Shown here one piece after another: positions 49,433-60,587 of a stretch of 64,000 nucleotides of DNA. Source of the stretch: an uncultured bacterium (GTDB lineage Bacteria > CSSED10-310); NCBI GenBank assembly GCA_964404285.1, contig CAYOJK010000007.1, positions 89,130-153,129 on the forward strand, read 5' to 3'. Every line of letters begins with the position of its first letter. The stretch's first letter is position 1. The position numbers and the translations under genes are program-made. The notes below the pieces were generated by a model. That model was not told the origin of the DNA and searched no databases. It was given only the letters and a program-made list of their open reading frames with translations.

Positions 49433-50251
49433 TTATTTTATCCGGCGTTCATTATAAAAGGGTAGCCAATCCTCAAAACAAATTTTAAGCGCCGTCAACC
49501 CGGCTATTGCAGCCACTGGTGAGGTCAGGGTTGATGAGCCCAAGCTCATAAAAGTCACTCCTCTCTTTTCCAGGACAGAAATATCCAACGGACTCCATCC
49601 TCCTTCAGGGCCGACAATCCAGGCAAAACCGTCCGACGGCGCCTGCAGTGGTGGCTGAGCCTTCTCCATCATTCCTAAATCAGGTTCCCAGCCAACAAAC
49701 GCTGGAACAGAATCCTGCAGATCGTCAAAAAATTCCTCTAACTTCATAGGCCCCGCGATTTTAGGAAGCCATAATTGGCCACTTTGTTTGCAGGCTCCGA
49801 CCATAATTTTATACCGACGCTCCATAAATTTATTTTTATTCCCGGATTGCCTATATCCCGTATATTGAGAAATTAAGACATAAATTTCCGCGACTCCGAT
49901 TTCTACTGCACTTCGAATAATCAGGGCATCTGTATCCCGATTTTCAGTTGCAACAAAACCAAGAATACAAGTTTTTGTCAGCTTATCAAGATAGCGTGCC
50001 GATAAGACATTGACGGAGGCATTTTGTCCACTTTTAAACTCCAAAAGGCCCTCAATTTCCAATCCTTTTCCATTCAATACCCGAACGTGTTCACCATTTC
50101 TCAAACGGAGTACATTTTTGGCATGGTGCGATTCCGTCGAATCCAGTTTAATCACTGTATCTCCCGGAACCATCCCAGAATTAAAAAACCGATAAATTTT
50201 ATTTGGTCTTTTGTGCAAACAGAGCTCTCCATTCACCCTGTTCAAAAACAC
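49433..50251 (-). CDS. rsmE: 16S rRNA (uracil1498-N3)-methyltransferase
   Basis: It has a PUA-like N-terminus and a SPOUT C-terminus (GPEGGWS). The ORF overlaps prmA by 53 nt, so the true start may be internal, for example 50173. Confidence 0.8.
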   Translation of the reverse strand: MFLNRVNGELCLHKRPNKIYRFFNSGMVPGDTVIKLDSTESHHAKNVLRLRNGEHVRVLNGKGLEIEGLLEFKSGQNASVNVLSARYLDKLTKTCILGFVATENRDTDALIIRSAVEIGVAEIYVLISQYTGYRQSGNKNKFMERRYKIMVGACKQSGQLWLPKIAGPMKLEEFFDDLQDSVPAFVGWEPDLGMMEKAQPPLQAPSDGFAWIVGPEGGWSPLDISVLEKRGVTFMSLGSSTLTSPVAAIAGLTALKICFEDWLPFYNERRIK

Positions 50252-51086
50252 GCATTGCTGGTGAAAATTTCGATTCGATCAGGTATTTTTTCATCTCACT
50301 AAGAGATTCCGATGTAAAACCCGACAGAATCGCAACCCCATTTTCTCTGACCAAGCGATCGGGCAGGCCAGGTTGATGTTCAAAAAATTCCGCATGAACA
50401 TTGCCGATAAAACAATCGAAAACTCCAGTAAATGTTTCGATTTTTCCTGAGATTATCCGACAAACAGGCGCAACACCGTTTAATGCAGCATTTTCAGCGG
50501 CTTCATAGGCTGCTTCGTCCTCATGGTCTATACCGGTTACCGAACGAGCGCCCAATTTAGCAGCAGCAATACACAATATACCTGAACCGCACCCGGCATC
50601 CAGGACATCTAACTCTGAAAAATCAAGCTCTTCCATGCATTTAAGACACAGTGCAGTCGATTCGTGATACCCTGTGCCAAATGCCTGACCCGGGCGAATG
50701 CGTATGGGTATCCTCCCCTCAGCTTCAACGGTTTCCCACGATGGTAAAACCATGAATCGATTTCCCACCGGTATCGGTTTGAAAAATCTGTGCCAAGCAC
50801 TTCTCCAACCTGGGTCTTGAACAACACCCGAAACCAATTGGATGGTATCCGTATATATTTTTGCATATTTCAAGATTTGTTTTTCCGCTTTCTGACAAAA
50901 ACTAATATCTTGAAAATAGACACGGTGCCAACCGATATCCGGGCAATCTTCTTGGTTTCCACAAGAGTTTGATTCCCAACAAATATTCAAATAAATTTCA
51001 GGATCAATTATTCCAGGCTTTAAATCCAGATAGTACCACGCACGCTTAAATTGGTTATGATTTGATTGCAAATAACCACCCGACAA
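50199..51086 (-). CDS. prmA: Ribosomal protein L11 methyltransferase
   Basis: It has the VLDAGCGSGILCIAAAKLGA SAM motif and PrmA architecture. Confidence 0.85.
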   Translation of the reverse strand: MSGGYLQSNHNQFKRAWYYLDLKPGIIDPEIYLNICWESNSCGNQEDCPDIGWHRVYFQDISFCQKAEKQILKYAKIYTDTIQLVSGVVQDPGWRSAWHRFFKPIPVGNRFMVLPSWETVEAEGRIPIRIRPGQAFGTGYHESTALCLKCMEELDFSELDVLDAGCGSGILCIAAAKLGARSVTGIDHEDEAAYEAAENAALNGVAPVCRIISGKIETFTGVFDCFIGNVHAEFFEHQPGLPDRLVRENGVAILSGFTSESLSEMKKYLIESKFSPAMRVFEQGEWRALFAQKTK

Positions 51087-51094
51087 AAATGGAT

Positions 51095-52945
51095 TTATGG
51101 AGCAATTCCATCTATCTCTTCACCTGTTTCTTCCCCTTCAGTTTCCTGATACACAATCTGTGATAATTTTGTCGAGGCTTCTCGAAGAATGCGCACTGAA
51201 TCGATTATTTTGTCGACCTCACGGAATTCAAGGGCTTTTTTAGTAGTCATCAAAGCATCTTTGATGGTTTCAAGCTGCGCATCGGCAATTCTGTCACCAT
51301 ATCGAGCCAGGCTTCGCTCAGTAGTATAAATCAATGTTTCTGCAGAATTTCTTGCCTGAACGATTTCTCTGCGCTTTTTATCTTCAGCTTCATGCATTTG
51401 GGCATCACCGATAATTTCTTCGATTTCCCTATCTGTCAAGCCGGAAGAGGCTGCAATAACAACAGCTTGTTCCTGCTTCGTAGCTAGATCCCTGGCATGA
51501 ACACCTAAAATTCCATTGGCATCAACACTGAAAGTGACCTCAATTTGCGGCACCCCGCGTGGCGAGGCAGGAATTCCTTGAAGTTCAAACCTTGCAAGGC
51601 TTTTATTATGAGCAGACAATTCACGTTCACCTTGCAGCACGTGTATTGAAACGGTTGTCTGGTTATCTTCCGTTGTTGAAAACATACGGGTGTTTTTTGT
51701 CGGAATCGTGGTATTTCTGTCGATAATTCGAGTAAACACGCCACCAACAGTTTCTATACCCAATGAAATGGGAATAACGTCCAGCAACAAGATATCTTTC
51801 ACTTCCCCAGTCAACACTCCCCCTTGAATAGCCGCGCCAATAGCGACAACTTCATCGGGGTTGATACCGGAATGGGGAGTTCTTCCGAAATATTTTTCTG
51901 CTTTCTGCCTGATCAACGGCATACGGGTTTGACCCCCAACCAATAGCACATTATCGATTTGATTTTTATTCAGTTCCGCATCTTCCAGAGCCTGTGTGAC
52001 CCAAGGATCGAATGTCTCTTCAACCAAATCAATTACCAGTTCTTCCAATTTTTCTCTGGTCAATGTGTAATTAAGATGCTTAGGACCTTCTTCATCAGCC
52101 GTTATAAACGGCAAGTTGACGTCTGATGAATCGACTGCTGTCAATTCGCATTTAACTTTTTCCGCTGCTTCTTTCAGGCGTTGTAAAGCCATACGATCTT
52201 CACGCAAATCGATATTTTCTGCTTTGAGAAACTCTTCTGCCAGAAAGTCCATAATGCGTCTATCAAAATCATCGCCACCAAGAAATGTGTTTCCTCTTGT
52301 GGACATAACTTCAAAAATTCCGTCACCTAGCTCCAAAATAGAAATATCGAACGTTCCACCTCCTAAGTCGTATACGGCAATTTTTTGGTTCTTTTTGTCG
52401 TCAAGTCCATAGGCCAGGGCAGCAGCTGTAGGTTCCGGGATCAAGCGAAGCACTTCGACTTGAGAAATTCGGCCTGCATTTCGTGTCGCTGATTTTTGAT
52501 TATCATCAAAATAAGCCGGAACTGTGATTACCGCTTCTGTAATGGATTCTCCAAGATACTCTTCCGCCGTCTGCTTCATTCGGGTAAGGATCATGGCAGC
52601 AATTTCTTCAGCTGAGTATTCTGCTCCCCTTATTTTTACCCGACAATCACCGTTAGGCGCTTCAACAATTTTAAACGGCGCAACCGAGGCAAATTTTTCT
52701 GCTTCAGGCGAGTTGAACTTACGACCTATCAAGCGTTTAACGGAAAAAACAGTGTTTTCTGGGTTTGTAATCGCCTGTCGCTTGGCTATTTGACCAACTA
52801 ATCTCTCTTCATCATCCGTAATTGCTACAATAGAGGGTGTCGTTCGACTACCTTCAGAATTCGGAATGACGATAGGCTCCGAACCTTCCATAACAGATAC
52901 ACATGAGTTTGTGGTTCCAAAGTCTACTCCTATTACTCGTCTCAT
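51095..52945 (-). CDS. dnaK: Chaperone DnaK (Hsp70)
   Basis: It has [12 protein letters not shown] and DLGGGTFD. It is 616 aa. Confidence 0.95.
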   Translation of the reverse strand: MRRVIGVDFGTTNSCVSVMEGSEPIVIPNSEGSRTTPSIVAITDDEERLVGQIAKRQAITNPENTVFSVKRLIGRKFNSPEAEKFASVAPFKIVEAPNGDCRVKIRGAEYSAEEIAAMILTRMKQTAEEYLGESITEAVITVPAYFDDNQKSATRNAGRISQVEVLRLIPEPTAAALAYGLDDKKNQKIAVYDLGGGTFDISILELGDGIFEVMSTRGNTFLGGDDFDRRIMDFLAEEFLKAENIDLREDRMALQRLKEAAEKVKCELTAVDSSDVNLPFITADEEGPKHLNYTLTREKLEELVIDLVEETFDPWVTQALEDAELNKNQIDNVLLVGGQTRMPLIRQKAEKYFGRTPHSGINPDEVVAIGAAIQGGVLTGEVKDILLLDVIPISLGIETVGGVFTRIIDRNTTIPTKNTRMFSTTEDNQTTVSIHVLQGERELSAHNKSLARFELQGIPASPRGVPQIEVTFSVDANGILGVHARDLATKQEQAVVIAASSGLTDREIEEIIGDAQMHEAEDKKRREIVQARNSAETLIYTTERSLARYGDRIADAQLETIKDALMTTKKALEFREVDKIIDSVRILREASTKLSQIVYQETEGEETGEEIDGIAP

Positions 52946-53100
52946 CCTTTTAAGCCTCCTTGTCGAGGAATGTGCTTCATTTTTCCGACTTTTTCATGCG
53001 TAAACAACACGAAAACAGCCACTCTTATCCACCGTGTCACCGATGAAACAACAAGTTGATGGTTATTTTATCCAAATTAAACAAATATTACCACCTTAAT

Positions 53101-54195
53101 TTAATTCTCCGCGGCATCCGGAACATTTTGATCACCATTGACCAATGATTCGTCTTCAGTTTCAGGCGCCACTTCTTCTTTATCAGTGTCTTTTGACTCG
53201 ATATCAGGGGCATCCTGAACAGTTGGATCACCTTCTGATAACGATTCATTATCGGTTGCAGGTTCGACCTTTTTGTTGTTTGTGTCTTCCAAATCCAAAA
53301 CAGGCGTAACTTGATCATTTTTTGCCCTATAGCTGACACTTACTTTTGAAGGTCTTAAAACTTTATCACCCCAAAAATACCCTGTCTGGAGCTCTTCAAT
53401 AATGATATTCGAAGGGCCGTCATCCACCGGCACCCGGTTGACAGCTTCATGATTATAAGGATCAAAAGGTTCGCCAATTGCAGGAATCGTCCTGACATCG
53501 AGATTTTGAATAAAATTATCCATTTGCCGATAGATTAATTTTACACCTTCAACAAATGATTCAGACCCCGTGTCATAACTCATCGACCGACGAAAATCAT
53601 CGATCACGGGAAGAAACTGTCTGATAATCTTGCCTTTTTCTATTTCGATAAAATCAGCCAGCTTTTTCTTGGATTGCTTCTGATAATTCAGATACGACGC
53701 AACAGTCTCCTGCCATTTACGTTTGTGTTCTTCCGATTCTTCTGCTTTTTCAGCCAGGCCTTTCTCCAAATCAGCAGAACGATCACGAAGCTTATGAACC
53801 AATTTATTCGCTTCCTGAATAACGTGTGCTTGACTCTCCAATTTTTTCTTAGCTTGGGTTTGAACCCGTTTTAACGTTGCCTCGAGTTCGGTTATCCGCT
53901 CTTGCATCGGTGCTAAAACTGAAGACATATCAGTATATTGCTCTTCCTCAGTTTTCTCATTTGTCATCCCATCCTCTTCGACGTGTTCATAGTCAATACC
54001 ACGTCCAGAATGTTCTGGATAATTCTCCAGTGATGCCAAGGCCGACGCGATATAGTCATCACCCAGTTCCAACTCATCTTCACGGATGTCAAACTCCCCG
54101 GAATGATCATCCTCGAGTATGATTAAATCATCATTTTCCTCTAAGGTGTTATCAAATTCAGCGTCATTTCGCTTTTTTTCTTCAGGATCAGCCAC
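53101..54195 (-). CDS. grpE: Nucleotide exchange factor GrpE (with long acidic N- and C-terminal extensions)
   Basis: It has the central GrpE fold and is flanked by acidic low-complexity tails that include a roughly 20-aa tandem repeat. Confidence 0.85.
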   Translation of the reverse strand: MADPEEKKRNDAEFDNTLEENDDLIILEDDHSGEFDIREDELELGDDYIASALASLENYPEHSGRGIDYEHVEEDGMTNEKTEEEQYTDMSSVLAPMQERITELEATLKRVQTQAKKKLESQAHVIQEANKLVHKLRDRSADLEKGLAEKAEESEEHKRKWQETVASYLNYQKQSKKKLADFIEIEKGKIIRQFLPVIDDFRRSMSYDTGSESFVEGVKLIYRQMDNFIQNLDVRTIPAIGEPFDPYNHEAVNRVPVDDGPSNIIIEELQTGYFWGDKVLRPSKVSVSYRAKNDQVTPVLDLEDTNNKKVEPATDNESLSEGDPTVQDAPDIESKDTDKEEVAPETEDESLVNGDQNVPDAAEN

Positions 54196-55330
54196 GATGT
54201 TTGTCTCCCGTTTTATCCGTGATGTTCAAATCAGGGTCAATCCAATTTTGTAACAGTAACCCCAAGACAGTAGCCATATACGATACCAAAGAAACAACTT
54301 CTTTATAATGCATGCGCTTCGGCCCTATAACGCCCAGCCCGCCCGCAACATTTTCATTCACAGTATATTTTGCAGCAACCACGCTCATATCACTGATTTC
54401 AGGAATATCTGTTTCTGTGCCGATTGCAACGGAAACACCATCTTCTTCCATGCATCTGTCCAACAGACGAATCATAGCGGTACGTTCAGTAAATGTTCTG
54501 AACAGTTCACGCAATTTAGACAAATCCTTGAATTCCGGTAAATCCAGGATATTGAACGTACCCTCAATATAAACCTTATCAGCTTTTTCAAGCAGATTTC
54601 TGTTAATGGCCATCTCCCCCAACCGAACAGCGGAATCAAGCAACAGATCATATTTTCGCCTGTCTTCTTCCCAAATAGATGCAATATCTTTTCGTATCTC
54701 CACTAGACTTTTATCGGCAAACCGTTCGTTGAGCAGCCTCGTTATTTTATCGAGGAAATCTTGATCATAATCCTGTTCAGTAACCAGATATTTGTTTTGG
54801 ATCAATCCGTTTTCGGCAACAAAAACAGCCAGCACACGATACTCTTTGACACGGATAAACTGTATTCGTCTATAAATCAGATTTGTAAATCTTGGCGCAA
54901 TAACCAACCCTGTATAATTGGTTAAACGACTGAGAAGTTGTGATGCCTGCAGCATAACCCGTTCAATTTCGTTTCGTTCATCAAGACTTTTTTGAATTTT
55001 GCGTTGAGATTCCTGATTCAATAGAGTAGCCGGCTCATCGATTGAAATAAAATTATCGACATAAAACCGATATCCGGCATCTGTCGGGATTCGACCGGCG
55101 CTTATATGAGGTTGTTCAAGAAGACCGTGATCTTCCAAATCTGCCATAATATTCCGAATAGTTGCAGCGCTAAGACCAAATTCCTTGGCAATTTTTCTTG
55201 AGCCAACCGGCTCAGCAACTCGGATATACTCTTCCATGATAACGCGAAATACGTTCAAATCACGTTCAGACAGTCCTGAGCGACCTTCTATATTCTCTGC
55301 ATTTATTACCATGGCGCCTCGTTCATTCAA
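54188..55330 (-). CDS. hrcA: Heat-inducible transcription repressor HrcA
   Basis: It has an N-terminal wHTH (LSERDLNVFRVIMEEYI...PVGSRKIAK) and a C-terminal HrcA domain. It overlaps grpE by 8 nt. Confidence 0.9.
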   Translation of the reverse strand: MNERGAMVINAENIEGRSGLSERDLNVFRVIMEEYIRVAEPVGSRKIAKEFGLSAATIRNIMADLEDHGLLEQPHISAGRIPTDAGYRFYVDNFISIDEPATLLNQESQRKIQKSLDERNEIERVMLQASQLLSRLTNYTGLVIAPRFTNLIYRRIQFIRVKEYRVLAVFVAENGLIQNKYLVTEQDYDQDFLDKITRLLNERFADKSLVEIRKDIASIWEEDRRKYDLLLDSAVRLGEMAINRNLLEKADKVYIEGTFNILDLPEFKDLSKLRELFRTFTERTAMIRLLDRCMEEDGVSVAIGTETDIPEISDMSVVAAKYTVNENVAGGLGVIGPKRMHYKEVVSLVSYMATVLGLLLQNWIDPDLNITDKTGDKHRG

Positions 55331-55436
55331 TCTCTCCTCTTCCCTTCAATACCATACGTCAATCAAACGGTTTTTGGCAAATGTCATTGTTGCTTCCTAT
55401 TCCTCTTGATTTTTTTAGCCATCGGCTGTTATATAT

Positions 55437-57110
55437 TTGGTTATGAAAGCTATTATCCGACAATATAAGCTCCTGATAATAACCAGCCTTCTGGTCTTTT
55501 CAGGATGTAACCAAATACCATCCTCGGAAACATCACAATCGACAGGTCTAACTATTTTAGGTTTAGATGGCGCCACCTGGAGTATTATCGATTTTTTAGT
55601 TGACAGGAATGAATTGCCAGGTTTCAAACGATTGAAAGAAGAGGGTTCATGGGGATTTCTTGAAACGTATACTCCCACCGAATCCATTTCACTTTGGACA
55701 ACAGTCGCCACTGGTGTATCGCCGTCGCGGCATGGTATTCATACTTTTACAAGGCGGATACCCGGAACCGATCAATATGTGCCTTCTCCAGGCACAGACC
55801 GACAAGTCCCCGCTCTCTGGAACATGGTTTCAGATAAAGGCAAAACAGTTGTATCTGTCAAATGGTTTGCTTCTTGGCCGGCTGAACAAGTCAATGGAGC
55901 CATGTTGTCACCACGACTTGAAGCAGAAGACGCAGAACCAAGAACATATCCTGCGGATTTATTCAATGAAATCGATTCTTTCCGTTATCAAAGCACAATG
56001 GATGCTTTTCCACAGCCTCCACGTTCGAAACAGAATGCGCAGGCGATCTTTCAATCCCCAGCCCATGAATCTGACCGAAATGCGCCTCCTATGCTGATTG
56101 GCCAAAGCCAAGTGAACGCTAAAATGTTCGATGACACATCAGTCTGGCTTGCCGGTAAATATGTTTATCAGAAATACTCCCCCGATCTATTCATGCTGTA
56201 TTTGAAAAGCACTGATAGAGTTCAGCATTTTCTATGGGGTTCACAGCAAAATAATAGCGCCGATCCAGCTATACAAGCAGAAGCAGAAGCTATTTATGCT
56301 TGGTACCGCTTTTATGACGACATCATTTTAGAATTACTCGAAGACCGAACCCGTACCTTGATGGTTGTTTCAGATCATGGATTCCATTCGCTTAATAGTG
56401 TTGACGACCCCTACTTCATCTGGGATATCGACTTCGACTCGATCTTGGAGTTTTCAGGTTTTCTTGTACAAAACAACCAGAAAACTATCTGGCCGCAGAC
56501 ATCTGCATACACCTATCGCACCATGCCGTATGATAAGGCGGTCTTATTTCGGTTGAACCTGGTTGGACGTGAGCCGGACGGAGTTGTCAAGCAGGAAACA
56601 GCCTCATCACAGCTTGGAGACTTAGCTGTAACTTTGGAACAATTAAAGACAATGGATGGTATAAATCTATTCAATGATATCCAGATTTTCGATGAGGATG
56701 CCACCTTGTTTTGCAAATTAACCGATACGATATCATTGGATGATGTTATCTGTCTGGACAATCGTTTGTTAAAGCTCCGCAATATAATTATCCAAAAAGG
56801 ACTTCCCCGTGGATTGCACACCCATGCGCCGCCTGGAATTTTTGTTGCTCATGGTCCCGGAATTGAAAGAGGGCGAACAATAACAGGTGCAAAACTGTTC
56901 GATATAACTCCAACAGCATTGCGTATCTTGGGGCTTCCGGTGGCTCGAGATTTTGAAGGGCACGTGATCGAAAATATTTTCAGCCCAGGCTGGAAAGAGA
57001 TCGAATACATACCGACTTATGGCAGTAGGCAAACCACTGATGAGTTGACCGTAACGGATGGTGACAATCGTATGCTCGACGAACTTCGTACTCTGGGCTA
57101 TATCCAGTAA
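55437..57110 (+). CDS. Alkaline phosphatase superfamily protein (type I phosphodiesterase / nucleotide pyrophosphatase-like), exported
   Basis: It has a signal peptide and the LGLDGATWS and VVSDHGFHS metal-ligand blocks. Confidence 0.7.
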   Translation: MVMKAIIRQYKLLIITSLLVFSGCNQIPSSETSQSTGLTILGLDGATWSIIDFLVDRNELPGFKRLKEEGSWGFLETYTPTESISLWTTVATGVSPSRHGIHTFTRRIPGTDQYVPSPGTDRQVPALWNMVSDKGKTVVSVKWFASWPAEQVNGAMLSPRLEAEDAEPRTYPADLFNEIDSFRYQSTMDAFPQPPRSKQNAQAIFQSPAHESDRNAPPMLIGQSQVNAKMFDDTSVWLAGKYVYQKYSPDLFMLYLKSTDRVQHFLWGSQQNNSADPAIQAEAEAIYAWYRFYDDIILELLEDRTRTLMVVSDHGFHSLNSVDDPYFIWDIDFDSILEFSGFLVQNNQKTIWPQTSAYTYRTMPYDKAVLFRLNLVGREPDGVVKQETASSQLGDLAVTLEQLKTMDGINLFNDIQIFDEDATLFCKLTDTISLDDVICLDNRLLKLRNIIIQKGLPRGLHTHAPPGIFVAHGPGIERGRTITGAKLFDITPTALRILGLPVARDFEGHVIENIFSPGWKEIEYIPTYGSRQTTDELTVTDGDNRMLDELRTLGYIQ

Positions 57111-57300
57111 CAGACAAAATCATTATTTCATTTGATGGAGGCAACGACGACCTACCGCAAAATAGTCTCAAAGCCAGCGATCCTCGGTCAGCGCAACTCG
57201 TGAACCCGATTGAACAACTCGATCATTTTTACCAGCGTCCGGCTATCGTGCATCAGGAAATCGGTCATTTGCCGGTTTGAGATCGTCCGACATCTTCAAT

Positions 57301-60300
57301 TCAACCTGCTTCTACGGCCAACTCTTTAGCGCACGGCCTGCTGCATCCAGGCCCGGATATCTGGCTTCTGCCACCGGTTTGAGGCGTTACCTCGATCTGC
57401 GTGCTGATCCGCTCCTTCAAGGCGGTTACGTGTGAAATAACACCAATCAATTTGCCCTCCTGTTGTAGCCCCGCAAGGGTGTCCAGGGCGGTATCGAGGG
57501 CATCTTCATCGAGAGCGCCGAAACCCTCATCGAGGAAGAGCGAGTCAATCCTGACGTTTTTGCTGGCCATATGGGACAACCCCAAAGCCAGGGACAGGCT
57601 GACGATAAAGCTCTCGCCACCGGAAAGGTTTTTGGTGGAGCGGATTTCTCCTGCCTGATAGTTGTCAACCACGTTCAGCTCGAGGGGCTGCGCATTGTCC
57701 CTGGTCAGTAGGTAGCGGTCACTCATCTTCTGCAGTTGCCGATTGGCGTGGCCAATCATGATATCAAAGGTCAGTCCCTGGGCAAAATTGCGGTACTTCT
57801 TACCGTCGGCGGAGCCGATCAATGCATGCAGGTTCTCCCACCTGCCACACTCCTTTTTCTGTGCCTCTATAAGCGCCTGTTTCTCCTTGATACGCTCTTT
57901 TGCATCTATATTCTCACTTAGCTTGTACTCGAGACCGGCAATGATGTCACGGAGCTCTTTCAGAGCCTCCTCATGCTTCTTGAATTGTGGTTCAAGCTCT
58001 TCCAGCGACTTGTCAGTGATCTTGTGGGCCATTTCCCTGGCCAGGCGCTCATCACGATCCTTCCGGAGCGTCTCCAAATCTGCCTGGCGATCATCCAGCT
58101 TCCTGGCCTTGGCAGTCAATACAGTCCGGTTTTCAGCAGGCAGGATAGCTGTCAGGAACTCTTCTTCATTTGAGAAACCAGCGGGTGCAAGAGCTGCAGC
58201 GAAATCTTTTTCCAGCTCAGTCAGTTCGGGTTCTCGTTGGTCGATACGTTCCGTCAGAGATTCGACGCGCTCATTAGCAGTATTCAATTTTCGTTGGAGT
58301 TCATTGTGCTGTTCTCTGGCCCGTTTTTCGGCATCTTCGGCATCCAAAATCGCCTTGTTTAAACGGTCCTCCTCATCGTTGGGATTCTTGTCGCCGTACA
58401 GTGCAGTACGCTCTTCAATTCCAGTGGCGAGTTCCTTTTTCAAGGTCGCCAGGCGTTGCAGCTTTTCGGTCAGGGTGTTGCTTTGAGTTTTGATAACCGC
58501 ATCCAGCCGCTTCATTTCGCTCTCTATGGCGGTAATCTGTTTTTCGATCTCTGTTTTGTTCTCGACCCGGGCCTGCCAGGCTTCCAGCCGCTTCTTAAGT
58601 GATTCGATCAGTGATGAAATGTCCGTTTCAGGGATGTCCGAAATACCAAGCGGCTGGAGTTTTTCGGTAACGGTCTGCCTTAGTTCGGCAAAATCAGCAC
58701 GCAGCTTCTCTAGGTCACCCTTAACCTCGTCCAGATCTTTCTTGGCAGTGTTCTTGTCTTTCGCCGCTAATAACTCCTGCTTTTCAGCCTCCTTGAGTTC
58801 TTCGCGGGCCTGATTTTTAGCTTCTTCGAGTATCTTGATGGCGTCTTCCAGCTCCTCAGCTTTACTGATTAGACTGTCCAGGGAGTCAATCTTCTGTTGG
58901 GTTTCATCGGGAACAGGGACATTCCCCTCCGCATACGGGTGCTCGGTTGCGCCGCAGAGTGGACAGGGCTTGCCGTCTTCAAGTTGAGCCCGATGCTCTT
59001 CAAGCTCCGCAATCTTCGTCAGGAAGGCCTTTTCATGCAGCAGGGTATCTTTCTCGGTGCGGTATTCCCGCAACAAGCGGTCCCCCAGCAGTATGCTCAA
59101 ACTATCCTTGCCCTGCTGAAGCTGTTTTGAGGAATCTTCCAGTTCCTGCTTTCGTTTGCCGACTTGCTTCTGCGACTTAGCTAGTGATTCTGTTGCCGCT
59201 GCCAGTTCCTTATTGGACTTTTTTTGAGCCTTCTCTTTATGAACGATCTCATTTTGTTTGGAGAGCAGGCCACTCAGCTCTATCTCAACACCCGTCAGGC
59301 CACTGATCAGCCATTCATCCTGAGCATGCTCCTTGAGGTATTTGATCACAAGAGCAAGCATATCCTGGGCCTTGGAATGTTTTTTCTGTTCTTCTATCCG
59401 GGCTTTTTTGTCTGTGTCAATTCTGGTCGCGTCCTTTTTGCACTCATGATTCCCTGCCACAACAGCTTTTTTCTGATCGTCAATCCTCTGATCAAGGGAG
59501 CGCGCCTTTTGCAATGTGGGCATGGCTGTGCTCAGCTCTTCTTTTGCCCGGAGGGCATGTTGCTCGGCAGCTTTAAATAGTTCGGTGTGATTCTCAACAG
59601 CGGATTTAATTACGGGAAGAGCCTCTGCAGCGGTTTTCAACGCGGCTCTATCCTCCATCTGCTGCTTGCGGATGGCAGCAAGCGTTGCGTATGCGCCGTC
59701 CAATGAGGCGGCATTCAAAGCCCGGTTGAGCTTTTCACGATCCGGCTTGAATATTTCGATATCATTTTGCAGCTTATCCGCCTCGCCAGCCAGTTCACTG
59801 ATTTCCTTCTTCAGCCTATCGATGGTTCTGAGCCAGTCAATAGCTTTCCCGGTCTCAGTGGATTTAGCCTCAATGTCTGTCTTTTCCTTCTGCTTTGTCT
59901 CGAGCGTCTGTCCAATCTCTTGTTCCTGCTCCGGCTCAAGAATCACGATGCCTGCCGTTTCCGCCTGGAGCAGTTTCAGCTTTTCCTGCTCCTCGCGCCG
60001 GCGCTCATGGACGCGAATGGAGATGTCGCTGTAGATTTTTGTGCCTGTGATCTGCTCCAGGATCGGAGCCCGATCATCCGGCGCCGCCTGAAGGAACGCG
60101 GCAAAGCCGCCCTGGGCCAACAACATGGATCGGGTGAAACGATCAAAGTCCATACCGGTAGCTGATTCGATCCGGTTGGCAACCCCACTGATCTTGGATT
60201 CTAAAATTTCGCCGGAATCGGCATTTGCAATTTCGTGCTTCGGGGCCTGGAGTTCGCCATCCGGTTTCTTGCGTGCCCGGTGTTGGCTCCAGTGACAGCG

Positions 60301-60582
60301 GTAACGGCCGGATTGGGTTTCGAAGGTCACCTCGGCAAAGCATTCACCGGTCTGGCGCGACATGATTTCATTGCCGCTCTTGGTGACTTTATTTAGGCGA
60401 GGCGTCCGCCCGTAAAGGGCAAGGCAGATGGCATCGAGGATTGTAGTCTTCCCCGAGCCGGTAGGTCCGGTTATGGCAAAGATGCCGGCAGCGACAAAGG
60501 CCGGGTATGTCAGATCTATTTGCCATTCGCCGACCAGCGAGTTCAGATTTTTAAATCGTATCTGTAGTATTTTCATCGACAA
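57301..60582 (-). CDS. sbcC: DNA double-strand break repair ATPase SbcC
   Basis: It has Walker A GPTGSGKTT, long coiled coils, the zinc hook CPLCG, and the signature/D-loop LSGGESF...LFLDEGFG. Its C-terminal about 20 aa are atypical. Confidence 0.9.
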   Translation of the reverse strand: MSMKILQIRFKNLNSLVGEWQIDLTYPAFVAAGIFAITGPTGSGKTTILDAICLALYGRTPRLNKVTKSGNEIMSRQTGECFAEVTFETQSGRYRCHWSQHRARKKPDGELQAPKHEIANADSGEILESKISGVANRIESATGMDFDRFTRSMLLAQGGFAAFLQAAPDDRAPILEQITGTKIYSDISIRVHERRREEQEKLKLLQAETAGIVILEPEQEQEIGQTLETKQKEKTDIEAKSTETGKAIDWLRTIDRLKKEISELAGEADKLQNDIEIFKPDREKLNRALNAASLDGAYATLAAIRKQQMEDRAALKTAAEALPVIKSAVENHTELFKAAEQHALRAKEELSTAMPTLQKARSLDQRIDDQKKAVVAGNHECKKDATRIDTDKKARIEEQKKHSKAQDMLALVIKYLKEHAQDEWLISGLTGVEIELSGLLSKQNEIVHKEKAQKKSNKELAAATESLAKSQKQVGKRKQELEDSSKQLQQGKDSLSILLGDRLLREYRTEKDTLLHEKAFLTKIAELEEHRAQLEDGKPCPLCGATEHPYAEGNVPVPDETQQKIDSLDSLISKAEELEDAIKILEEAKNQAREELKEAEKQELLAAKDKNTAKKDLDEVKGDLEKLRADFAELRQTVTEKLQPLGISDIPETDISSLIESLKKRLEAWQARVENKTEIEKQITAIESEMKRLDAVIKTQSNTLTEKLQRLATLKKELATGIEERTALYGDKNPNDEEDRLNKAILDAEDAEKRAREQHNELQRKLNTANERVESLTERIDQREPELTELEKDFAAALAPAGFSNEEEFLTAILPAENRTVLTAKARKLDDRQADLETLRKDRDERLAREMAHKITDKSLEELEPQFKKHEEALKELRDIIAGLEYKLSENIDAKERIKEKQALIEAQKKECGRWENLHALIGSADGKKYRNFAQGLTFDIMIGHANRQLQKMSDRYLLTRDNAQPLELNVVDNYQAGEIRSTKNLSGGESFIVSLSLALGLSHMASKNVRIDSLFLDEGFGALDEDALDTALDTLAGLQQEGKLIGVISHVTALKERISTQIEVTPQTGGRSQISGPGCSRPCAKELAVEAG

Positions 60583-60587
60583 CCTCT

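Noticed and set aside
52946-55436. Search for a CIRCE operator (TTAGCACTC-N9-GAGTGCTAA) in the intergenic regions of the hrcA-grpE-dnaK cluster.
   Set aside because: No acceptable match was seen by eye in 55331-55436 or 52946-53100, so none is reported as a feature. A tolerant PWM scan could still find a degenerate site.
57743-58486. 247-aa Ser/Arg-rich plus-strand ORF, and several other 60-130-aa ORFs between 57.4 and 60.8 kb.
   Set aside because: All are embedded antisense or out of frame within sbcC and sbcD. They are low-complexity S/R/A-rich translations expected from GC-rich DNA, and none is a credible gene.
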